Made by a program: the position numbers and the translations under genes. Of a stretch of 57,374 nt of DNA, positions 18,022-28,300 are shown piece after piece. Source of the DNA: Verrucomicrobiota bacterium. Its GTDB lineage: Bacteria; Verrucomicrobiota; Verrucomicrobiia; Limisphaerales; UBA9464. A model generated the notes under the pieces. It searched no databases. It saw nothing but the letters and a program-made list of their open reading frames with translations, and had not been told where the DNA came from. The stretch covers positions 1 to 57,374 of the forward strand of contig JARXAF010000070.1 in assembly GCA_029865985.1 (NCBI GenBank). The letters run 5' to 3'. Each line of letters starts with the position of its first letter. Position 1 is the stretch's first letter.

Positions 18022-19472
18022 CCGCGTTCGGTTCCAAGCCCCATCGGAAAGCGCCGGGGTTCGTCCTCGTGGGAGTGCTCATCGTCGTCATGCTCCTGTC
18101 GATGATTGCCCTGAGCCTGATGTTCCGGATGCGATCTGAGGAGACCGCCGGGGCCACTGGTTCCACAGCGGAACAAGGTTGGGCCACGGCGATGAGCGGC
18201 GTTCGCGAGGCCATGCGATTGGCGCCCACGATCCAACCCGGAGACATCACCTGGATGGATGCCCCAGAACGTTTCAAAGACCGCGTGATGTACAACGACG
18301 GCACCGAGGAGTGGCGCTGGACCCTCTACTCCGCCAACCCCGAAGGCGGCATCCGCTTCGGTCTCACCGACGAAGCCTCCCGGCTCAATCTCAACTCGGC
18401 CACCACCTCGATGGTCAGCCGTCTGCCGGGAATGAAACCCTCACTCACCGACGCCCTGCTCGACTTCCTGGACACCGATGACGTGCCACGACCCGAAGGA
18501 GCCGAACAGGAATACTACAACGCGTTGCCACAGCCCTACCGGATTCACAACGGACCTCTGTCGACCGTTGAACAACTCCTGCTGGTCCGTGGATTCACTC
18601 CGGCTTTGGTCTTGGGTGAGGATGCCAATCGCAACTTCTCCCTCGATCCCAACGAGGACGACGGCGACGAGCGAGAGCCACCGGATGACGCCGACGGACG
18701 CCTCCAACCCGGACTGCTCCCGCTGCTCACGGTGTACTCCCGGGAACCCAATACCGATCGCACCGGCAAGCGCCGTTTCAACCTGAACACCCCCGGAGCG
18801 GCACTCACAGAGACCAACGATTTGCCGGCGGCCTTCGTGGCGTTCGTCGCACAACTTGGCACCTCCAAGAGCGTGGTGATGGATCCTGCCGAACTCCTCG
18901 ATACCACCTTCAACTTGAAGGGGCCGGACGGGCAGGACAGCGCCGTCCCCACCGGCATCGGCAAGGATTCGCTGGCGATGGTTCTCGACCGATTCACAGG
19001 CTCGGCCGACGCCGATCTAGTGGGCCGCATCAACGTCAACACGGCCCCGGCCAGCGTCCTCCAACTCGTACCAGGCATCGACAACGCCCTCGCCGAAAAC
19101 ATCCTCTCGGCCCGACGCAATTTGCCGATCGAGCGGCGCAGTTCCGTGGCCTGGATCCACATCGAGAATCTGGTCGAAGCGGAACAGTTCCGCGAGATCG
19201 CACCGTTCTTGACCACTCGCAGTCTCCAGTTCCGATTCAATGTCGTGGGCTACGGATCCCGCTCGGGCAAATTCCGGGTTTTGGAAGCGGTCATCGACGC
19301 CGTGAGCCAACCCGTGCGTTTGGTCTATCTCCGTGACTTGACCCGCTTGGGGTTGCCATTCCCGATTGAATTGGATTCCGAAGAAGAAAAGCCCTCCTCC
19401 GAAGCGGGTGCCGCGACCCAAACTCGCACCGTCGATTCGGGTCCAAAAACGGCGAATTCCGCCCGCCCCTGA
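18018..19472 (+). CDS. gspK: Minor pseudopilin GspK
   Basis: G|FVLVGVL (no E5, as in GspK); DEASRLNLN; LLDFLDTD..GAE..YY; EQLLLVRG; INVNTAP helix-hairpin-helix. Confidence 0.88.
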   Translation: MTAFGSKPHRKAPGFVLVGVLIVVMLLSMIALSLMFRMRSEETAGATGSTAEQGWATAMSGVREAMRLAPTIQPGDITWMDAPERFKDRVMYNDGTEEWRWTLYSANPEGGIRFGLTDEASRLNLNSATTSMVSRLPGMKPSLTDALLDFLDTDDVPRPEGAEQEYYNALPQPYRIHNGPLSTVEQLLLVRGFTPALVLGEDANRNFSLDPNEDDGDEREPPDDADGRLQPGLLPLLTVYSREPNTDRTGKRRFNLNTPGAALTETNDLPAAFVAFVAQLGTSKSVVMDPAELLDTTFNLKGPDGQDSAVPTGIGKDSLAMVLDRFTGSADADLVGRINVNTAPASVLQLVPGIDNALAENILSARRNLPIERRSSVAWIHIENLVEAEQFREIAPFLTTRSLQFRFNVVGYGSRSGKFRVLEAVIDAVSQPVRLVYLRDLTRLGLPFPIELDSEEEKPSSEAGAATQTRTVDSGPKTANSARP

Positions 19473-19637
19473 CTCGAATCCGGGCCCACGCCCGCGCAGG
19501 CCTGAGCCACCACCGGCCCAAGCGTCCGTAAAACCCCGAAAAATCAGGTGAAATAAGAGGGCGATTGCCAGCGTCGGGTGTTGGCGACTCGCTGAAGGAT
19601 GTGGCAGTCTGTCGCTGATTCCTGAGTCCAACGAAAC

Positions 19638-21317
19638 ATGGGTATTTCTCTCAAAGACCTGAACGAGCGGATCCGCTCCCGAATCCCCGGGGCAGCGGGT
19701 GCCCGTCCCGCCGTGCGTGGGCTCCCCGCGGCGACGGCTCTCGAGATCGATGGCCTCACATTGCGCATCGCCGACGCCTCTCGATCCGGCACCTCAAGCC
19801 GCGTCGATCAGGTTCGCTCCTGCCCTCTGGAATTGCCGGAGAACGCCGATCGGGCGGACGCCTCAGTCCTCGGATCCGCCATCGCCAAGGCACTGGCCAA
19901 GGCCCGCATCAAACCCGGCCCCGTGGTCCTGGGGATCGGTCGTTCGCAAGTCATTCTCCGAACCGTCGTGGTCCCCGACACCGGCCTCACCGGCACCATC
20001 GCCGCACTGGTGCGTTTCCAGGTCGCGCGTGATCTGCCCTTCCGACTGGATGAGGCGATCATCGACTTCCAGATCCTCCGCAAGCTACCCGCACGCCCGG
20101 CCCTGGATGGCGAGGCGACTCAGGCACCGACCACGACCGCCACGGCCACCAACGACTCGGTAGACCGCGTCGAGGCGCTCGTGGCCATTACCCGTCAGGA
20201 GTCTCTCGATTTCCTTCGTCGAGTAGCCGAGGCCGCGGGAGTTTCCCTGGCTGCCGTGGGCTGGTTGTCGCAGGCCAATGCCACCTGTCTCCAACTCGCT
20301 AGCGGCGGCGCGGGCTCGCCTTCAGCCCCCCGCGCACTGGTGGCCCTCAAGTCGGAAGAGGTGGGTATCGAAATCCTGGAAGGCCGCTCCCTGCTCTTCA
20401 GCCGCGGCATGCCCATGCCGTCGTCACTGGACACCGAGCCTGAGACGTGGATCCGCGCCGCGACCATCGAAGTCGTGCGAACGCTGCACGCCTTTGGAGG
20501 CACCGCCGGACGCACCGCCCCAGAAGCGGCTCTCATCCTCGGCGGAACCGGACGTGAGGCGGCGTTGTCGACCGCTCTCGAAACTCGCCTCGGATTCCCC
20601 GTCCCTCAGGTCACCCTGGCTCGTTCACCGGGATTGGACTCTTCTGAGGCCGCCGCCGTCGCCAGCGGATTCACCAGCATCGGTTTGGCTCTGGGGGCCA
20701 CCGATCCGGCGGGACTGGAATTCGACTTCCTCAATCCCAAGCGACCTACGCCCCCGCCGGACTTGCGCAAGATCCGGATGATCGCGGGGTTCACGGTGGG
20801 CTTGGTCATCCTGATGGCGGTGTTGGGTGTGCGCAAAACGCTCATCAGCCGCCGCGAGGCAACCCTCACGGCGCTGCAAGCCGAACTCACCACCGGCGAG
20901 AAGAAACGCACGGTGTACCGCCAGATGATCCAACAGGCCGCCACCCTGAAAGCGTGGTCTGCCGAAGAGCGGGACTGGCTCGACCACTACGCACACCTCA
21001 GCGCCGTGCTGCCACCGAGCGAAGAAATCTACCTGACCAGCGTCGCCTTCGGACCCAACCGAGCCATCAAGCTGGGTGTCCAGGCCCGCAACGGCGAAAT
21101 CCTCGGCAAGGTCGATCGACTCCTCCGCGCCGCCGGTTATGACGTCAAACCTTTGGCCGTCACTCCGGGTGCCGATCGCAACGGCTACAATTTCCGCACC
21201 ACCGTGGAACTGACCGTCCCGGCCAAACTCAAGTTCGACCTCACCAAGCTGACACCGCCAGCCCGACCGGCCGACGACGCCTCGCTGGAGACGCCGCGAA
21301 AGGGAGGAGCCCGATGA
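19638..21317 (+). CDS. GspL/PilM-PilN-like assembly-platform protein
   Basis: Actin-like PilM region (ALEIDGLTLRIA; RFQVARDLPF..EAIIDF; ILGGTG); DFLNP; one TM; coiled coil; WLDHYAHLSAVLP..IYLTSV PilN-like domain. Confidence 0.78.
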   Translation: MGISLKDLNERIRSRIPGAAGARPAVRGLPAATALEIDGLTLRIADASRSGTSSRVDQVRSCPLELPENADRADASVLGSAIAKALAKARIKPGPVVLGIGRSQVILRTVVVPDTGLTGTIAALVRFQVARDLPFRLDEAIIDFQILRKLPARPALDGEATQAPTTTATATNDSVDRVEALVAITRQESLDFLRRVAEAAGVSLAAVGWLSQANATCLQLASGGAGSPSAPRALVALKSEEVGIEILEGRSLLFSRGMPMPSSLDTEPETWIRAATIEVVRTLHAFGGTAGRTAPEAALILGGTGREAALSTALETRLGFPVPQVTLARSPGLDSSEAAAVASGFTSIGLALGATDPAGLEFDFLNPKRPTPPPDLRKIRMIAGFTVGLVILMAVLGVRKTLISRREATLTALQAELTTGEKKRTVYRQMIQQAATLKAWSAEERDWLDHYAHLSAVLPPSEEIYLTSVAFGPNRAIKLGVQARNGEILGKVDRLLRAAGYDVKPLAVTPGADRNGYNFRTTVELTVPAKLKFDLTKLTPPARPADDASLETPRKGGAR

Positions 21318-22315
21318 ACGAGCGCGAAAAGAAACTGCTGTCCATCATCGGAGGTCTCGTCGGTGTGGCCCTGCTCTTCGTGGTCGGCCGCAGCATTTTT
21401 CTCAAACCACTAACCGAAATCGACCGGCGTATCGCGGGCGTGCGCGAAAAGCTCGACCGATTGACCAAGGAACGTCGCGACTACTTTGCCGCCGAAGATG
21501 AAGTGAAGGCCGTTGCCGCGCGCACCTTCTCCGATGACATCGACCAAGCCAGCGCCCGTTTTGGCGAGATGCTCACCCGCACACTCATCAACAGCGGTCT
21601 CCGCGAAGCCGATTTCAGCCGACTCCCCACCGGCACCCGCAAGATCCGGGGTGCACTCGAAACCGGCTGGACGGTTCGCGGAGACGGCCCCCTGCATCAG
21701 GTCGTGAGCTTGATCTTCCTGCTCGATCGCGCGACCCCGGTCCACCGGCTGGACGGCCTGACCCTGTCGCCGTCCGATGCGCCCGGTCGGGTGAAGGTGA
21801 GTTTCCGCTACCTCACGTTGGTGCCGACCCCCTGTCCCGAAGTGGAGCGCGGTGATCTCGAATCCCGACTCAATGCCGAGAGCCCAGACCGCCGCCCCTA
21901 CGATGGCATGGTGGCCCGCGATCTCCTGCGTCCCTACATACCCCGCCCCGCCCCGGCCCCACCGGCCGGACAACCACCGGCTCCGCCGCGCCCGGCTCCT
22001 CCGGGAAGCCCCGGCTTGGAAACCTACCGCTTGGTCTCGTTGTCCGAGTGGGCCGGCGAATCCGAGATCCACGTCCGCGATCTCACCGCCCAAAAGACGG
22101 TCCGCTACAAAGTCGGAGACACCGTTGCCGGCGGAGTCATCGTTCAGGTTGACTACCGACCCATGCCCACCCCGGGCCGGGAAAACGTTCTCTCCGGCAG
22201 CCGGGTCATCCTGCGCATCGGAAACGAATACTGGGCCATCGAGCGCGGTGGCACCTTCGCCCAACGGCACAAACTCAAACCGGAGCAACTGCCCCCGGGC
22301 ATCGCCCAATTCTAA
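21314..22315 (+). CDS. GspM/PilO-like protein fused to a C-terminal GspC-HR-like domain
   Basis: MNEREKKLL + TM (GspM-type); coiled coil; ferredoxin-like VRGDGPLHQVVSLIFLLD; Pro-rich linker; YKVGDTVAGGVIVQV..RVILRIG. Confidence 0.65.
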   Translation: MNEREKKLLSIIGGLVGVALLFVVGRSIFLKPLTEIDRRIAGVREKLDRLTKERRDYFAAEDEVKAVAARTFSDDIDQASARFGEMLTRTLINSGLREADFSRLPTGTRKIRGALETGWTVRGDGPLHQVVSLIFLLDRATPVHRLDGLTLSPSDAPGRVKVSFRYLTLVPTPCPEVERGDLESRLNAESPDRRPYDGMVARDLLRPYIPRPAPAPPAGQPPAPPRPAPPGSPGLETYRLVSLSEWAGESEIHVRDLTAQKTVRYKVGDTVAGGVIVQVDYRPMPTPGRENVLSGSRVILRIGNEYWAIERGGTFAQRHKLKPEQLPPGIAQF

Positions 22316-22333
22316 CCCTTTTCCTTTTTCTTC

Positions 22334-25300
22334 ATGAACATTCAACGGTCCATCCGTCTGGCCATCGCCCTCAGTCTGGGTCTTGGCCTGAGCGTCCCCA
22401 ATCCGTTTGCCCAGGCGCAGACGGCCAGCCCGGGATCTGGCACCACGCCCGCCAAGCCGAGCACCCCCAGCCCCGCTTCAGCCCCGGCGCAGACCACAGC
22501 AGCGACGCCTACCCCAACCAACGCTCCCGCCATCTCCCCGGCCAACGCGAAGAACATCCGATTCCAATTCGATGGGATTCCCTATGCCGATGTTATCGAG
22601 CGCTTCGCCCAGATGTCGGGCAAGCCGGTGGTCGGTGAACTCAACATCCCGGGCACCATCACCTTCAACGACTCCAACGCCTACAACTACGCGGAGGCCT
22701 TCGACACACTCAACGTGATCTTGTCGATGAAGGGGCAGATGATTGTTGAAGAGGGCAATTTCCTGCGCGTCCTCCCGTTCAGGGAACTCCCTCAAACCCC
22801 CCTGCGCATCTTGCGTGGCGGCGACAAGGCCGACGGCGTTCGCCCCGGTGAAGTGGTCACGGTGGTGCTCGACCTCAAGAACCTCGACGCCAAGGAAATC
22901 TCCGAATCCATCACCAACCTGCTGTCCACGGCCGGATCGGTGGCCCCGCTTTCCCGTGGGCGCGGCCTCATCCTCACCGACCGCCTGGTCAACATCCAAC
23001 GGGTCAAGTCGCTCATCGGCTCGGTGGACAACGAAACCGCCGCCCAACGGCAGATGAAGACCTACACCTTGCTCCACGCTTCCGGAGCAGTCGTGGCGGA
23101 CCTCATCAACCGCACCTTCGGAATCACCACCGCCCCGAAGCGCACGCAGTTCAATCCCAACTCCAAGCAACTCGACGTCCTGCCGGCCGATCCCAACGAC
23201 TACGTGACTGCCGTGTACGATGACGCTTCCCGCACGTTAGTCCTCTTCGGACCCCGGGAGCGACTGACGCTGGCCGATGAACTCATCAGCCGTTTTGAAG
23301 ACGGTGGAACCGGAGCCGGTGATGTCCGCATCTACACTCCCGAGGTCATCAAGGCCGAAGAATTGGCCAACATGATCCGTCAAGCCATCCCGGGTGTCGC
23401 CGCCGCCAACGAAACCGGGTCTGCGGCCGCCACCAAGGCACGGGTCATCGCCGAGAAAGACACCAACCGACTGATCGTCGCCGCACCGCTGGCCGGAATG
23501 GCCGACCAGATCGAGGCTCTGGTCAACCGCCTCGACAAGCCCGTCCACGGCTCCGGTCGCACCGCGGCCACCAGCGCTCCGGGCAAGACTCAGGTCGTGC
23601 AAATCACCCGCGTCTTCCGGACTCGCACCTCGGAAGTGAAGAATGTGGGCAAGATCCTGAGCGAGGCTCTCACCAAGACGCTGCCCAATGGCCAGAAGGT
23701 CGCCACCGCCAGTGTCTCGGTGGAACCGGGCAGCCAGAGCATCGTGGTCACAGGGTCCCCCGGCGACGTGCAAACTGCCACCGACATCATCTCGCAACTG
23801 GAGACCGGCTCCACCAATCCCAAGCCGCAGCAAACCCGCTTCATTGACCTCGGCAGCGTCTCCGATGCCAAGCGCATCGTCCCGCTGGTCGAGCAAATCT
23901 ACCGCAGCGAGGTCTCCGGCGACAACGCAGGCGGAGCTGCCCATGCCAAGATCATGGCCGAGCCCAACACCAGTCGCCTGATTGTCACCGCCTCCGAAGA
24001 GCACCTGACCCGCATCGAGGAAATCGTCCGCAACCTGCGCGCCGAGAAGTCCAAACCCCTTCAGCGCTCGCTGCACATCCTGGCGTTGCGCCATGCACGA
24101 CTGGAAACCGCCTTCACCAGCCTCAACAGCCTGATCAACGAGCGCATGGCCGACCGGCGTTTTGAAGACCAGCCGAAGCCTTCGGTGGTCCCCGACAACA
24201 CCAACAACCGGTTGTTGGTCACGGCCACCGAGGAGCAGAAAAAGGAAATCGAAGCAATCCTGGCCGTGGTGGACCTCGCCCCGGAACGCCAGAAACGCCA
24301 GATGGCGGTCATCCCGGTCAACGGCAAGTCCCCCGCCGAACTCATCACCCTCGCCGGACAGATGATGAGCCAACTAGGCGAGCAACCGAGCAATCCCCAG
24401 CTCGAGCCCAAGCTCATTCCTGACGCCTCGGGCAAGCAAATCATCGTGCTGGCCACCGACTCCGACATCCAACGGGTGCGCACCCTCATCCAGCAACTCG
24501 ACGCCACCACGACCTCGGCGGTCAGCCGTCAGTTCCGCAACGTCGAACTGCACAACCGAAACGCGGCCGAACTCACCCCGTTGGTCCAGCAACTCTATCA
24601 GGAGCAAATCAAGGGCAACAGCGAGCCCCCCGGCGGCCCCGCCACCCTCATGACCGATGCCAAAAACAATCGCATCATGGTCAGCGGTGCCGAGCGGGAA
24701 ATCACTCGCGTAGAGGCCATCATCCGCCAGTTGGATCCCGCAGGTCAGAAGAGCGCCAAGGAGGAAACCCGCATCATCCGTCTCAAGACGGCGGTCGCCT
24801 CGGAAATCTCCAGCCTCGTGGAAAAGAGCCTCGGCTCCCAAACCCAAGCCGTGAAGGTGCTGGTCGATACCCGGAGCAACAGCTTGGTGATCACGGGCGA
24901 ACCAGCCGCCGTCGAAGCCGCGGCCAAGATCATCCGCGAACTCGACGTGCCTTCCGACGTGCAGCCCCGCGAGATGAAGGTCATCGAACTCAAGCAAGCC
25001 GACGCGGCGGCACTGGCCACTCTGGCCACCACCCTCTCCACCGACCTGCTCAAAAGTCAGCGCGGTGCCGAGTACACCCCCAAGGGCCGCATCATGCCCG
25101 ACCCGGCGGCCAATCGGGTGATCATCTCCGCTCCGCGTGAGGAGATCACCCTCATTTCCCAAGTGGTGGAACGCTTGGACCAAGCCCCGGAAGCGGCCGG
25201 CGGTGCGCGGGTGTTTCGCCTGACCAACGCCGATGCGTCCCAGGTGGTCAGTGTGGTCTCCAATGCCATGGTGAAGTTCGATGCCCGCAATCAACCCATC

Positions 25301-28300
25301 CGCCGGGCCTCGGTTTCCCTGGATCGCGAATCCAACAGCATCGTGGTCTCGGGTTCCCGTCAGGATTTGAAGGATGCCGAGGGCATCATCCAGCGCCTCG
25401 ACAATGAAGGAGTCGAAGGCTCCGGCGGGACTGGAGGCGGCTCCAAGAACCGCAGCCTGAAGATGGTGGAAGTGGTCGGCGAACCCGACACGCTGGCTCA
25501 GGTGGCCACCCGAGTTTTTCTGGCTCAGAACGCAGGACGCTCGGTGACCAACTTGGTGAGCATCACCCCGGAACCCAACGGTCGCCGCCTCATCGTGCTG
25601 GCCCCCGATTCGCTCATGGCGCAGGTGGAGACGGTCATCTCGGCGCTCGACGCCCGCCCGGATCAATCGCAGCGCCAACTACACACCATCGAACCCCAAG
25701 GCAGCCGAGCCGCCGACCTGCTGCCCATGGTCAACAAGATCTACGCCGAGCAAAACCAAGGACGCACCACCAAGCCAGCGACCTTGTACACCGATCCCTC
25801 CGGCGATCGGTTGATGGTGTTTGGCACGGCGGATCAAGCGGCGGCCGTTCGACAAATCGTCACCACGGTGGCCACCGAACTCCCAGAGGCCCGCACCAAC
25901 CGGGTGTTTGAAATCGGCAAGCCCGCCGAGGCCCAGCGCCTGCTCCCCATCATCCAGCAACTGTACAAAGACCAGGCCTCCAGCCGCCCCTCCGACGGCC
26001 CCGCCGACACCCAACTGCTCACCGAACCCCGCTCCGGACGCATCATCGCCTCGGGCCGCGCCTCCCACCTGGACCGCATCTCTGAAATCATCAACAACCT
26101 GAAGGCCACCAGCGGCACCAACCTCGGCCGCGAGACGCGCACCTTTGAGGTCGGATCGGCCAGCGATGTCCAGCGGGTGCAACCGCTCCTCCAGCAACTC
26201 TACACCGACCAGTGGAAGGAACGCGCCGACACCGACCCGGCCGACGCGCAAATCCTGGGCGACCCCCGAAGCGGCCGCATCATCGTCACGGGCCGCCCCG
26301 ACCACCTGCAGAAAATCGAATCCATTCTCCAACAATTGGGGACCAGCCCGGCCAAGCCCGGTGCTGACTCCCGAGATGTCCGCATCATCGATCTGGCCAC
26401 CGCCACCGCCTCGGAACTGGCCACGACGGTTCGCTCCCTCTACCTCGATCAGGCCAAGGCACGCTTTGGCACTACCCCGCCCGACACCACCATCACCTCC
26501 GACACGGGCAGCAACCGACTCATCGTCGTGGGCGAAACCAATGAACTGGCCGTCATCGACGACCTCGTTCGCAAGCTCGACAAGGTGGGCTCCCAGAGCG
26601 CGACGGCCCGGGTGTTCAAGATCAAGTCTGCCGAACCGGAGAAGGTGGCCGAGGTGCTGTCCACGGCGCTGGTGCGCTACGACGCCTTCGGCCGGGCCCA
26701 GAAGCGGGCCACGGTTTCCGTGGATGCCAAAAGCCGAACGATCATCGTCACCGGCGACCCGAAGGAACTGCAGGCCGTCTCTACGATCATCGAGCAGCTC
26801 GACACCTCTTTGGGCGCACGCCCGGACCGCCGCATGAAGGTGGTGACCCTGCGCCAAGGAAAGGTGGGAGAAATGTCGGCCCGGGTCCGCCAACTCTACA
26901 ACGACCAGTCCCGCAACCAGCCGGACTTGGCTCTGTCCGATTTGCTCGTCTTGGATGACGCCACCAGCAACCAACTCATCCTCGCCGGCAGTGACGCTCA
27001 AATTACCCTAGTCGACACCATCCTGGAACAACTCCAGAAGAGCACCGCCACGCTAGGCCCTCGTGAAACCCGGACCATCACCGTGGGTCAACCCGACGAC
27101 GTGATTCGGGTCATGCCCTTGCTCCGCCAACTGTACACCGAACGGTGGAAAAACCAGGACGCCGCCGACCCGGCCGATGCGGTGTTCACGCCCGATGCCC
27201 CCAATGGCCGCATCTTGGTCACTGCCCGGACCAATCACATTACTGAGATCGAGTCGCTCCTGAGCGTCATCCAGGCTCCCACGGCCACCCCGGCAGCACG
27301 CGAGACCCGCGTGCTGAATCTGGCTGAACGGCAAGCCACCGAATTGGCAGGGACGCTCCGCTCCCTCTATGAAGAATCACTGAAAGCCAAACCGGTTCCG
27401 CCTTCCGAACAAGCGATCATCCGAGCTGATACCGAAGGCAACCGCCTCATCGTCACCGGCCGCACCAATGATCTCGATCAAATCGCAGCCTTGGTGCTCA
27501 ACCTCGACACGGCCAATCAGCGCTCGGGCAATTCTCGCATTTTCCGGCTGACCAACGCCGAACCTGCGCAGGTCGCCGCGGCCCTGTCGAACACCCTGGC
27601 CAAGGTGGACCCCTCCGGTCGCCTCACCCCGCGAGTCACCCTCGGTGTGGACAACAAGGCGCGCACCCTCGTCGTGTCGGGCGAGGCCAAGGACCTGCAG
27701 GCTGCCGAGCAAATCGTCACCCAACTCGACGCCACCACCAGCCGCGAGCCCCGCGACCTGCAGATCCTGGCCATCCCGCAAGGTTCCGCCTCGGAGGCCG
27801 TCGCCCGCATCCGCCCGCTGGTGATGGATCGCCTTAAGGCCTCCGGCAATGCGGCTGACCTCGTCCTGATTCCCGACGACAACCAATCTCGGGTGCTGGT
27901 GACCGCCAACGAGTCTCAATGGAAGGCCGTTCAAGACATCGCCTCCCGCCTGCTCACCACCGAGACCAACCTGATCCGCGGCGTGCGCACGCTGCCCTTG
28001 CAACATGTGACGGCCGCACCGGTCATCACCCTGCTGGGGCAACTCTTCGCTCGCGAGATGGCTCTCACCGAATCTGCCCAGCGTCTGGTGGTGACGCCGG
28101 CACTCGACGAGCGCTCCCTGCTGGTCAGTGCGCCGCCGGCCCTCTTCGAGCGGGTTCAATCGGTCATTCAATCGGTGGACGCCTCAGATCCGGGCGGCTC
28201 ATCGGTGCTTCAAACCGTGTTACTCCGCAAGACCGTCGCCGAGACCGTGGCCGAATCGGTCAACAAGGCCATCGCCGGCAAGGGCACCGACGCCAAGCTG

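Noticed and set aside
19540-19637. Cyclic-di-GMP riboswitch in the gspK-gspL spacer
   Set aside because: Two hairpins are present, but the GEMM consensus (GGCAAAC..GAAA..GACGCAAAGC) is absent.
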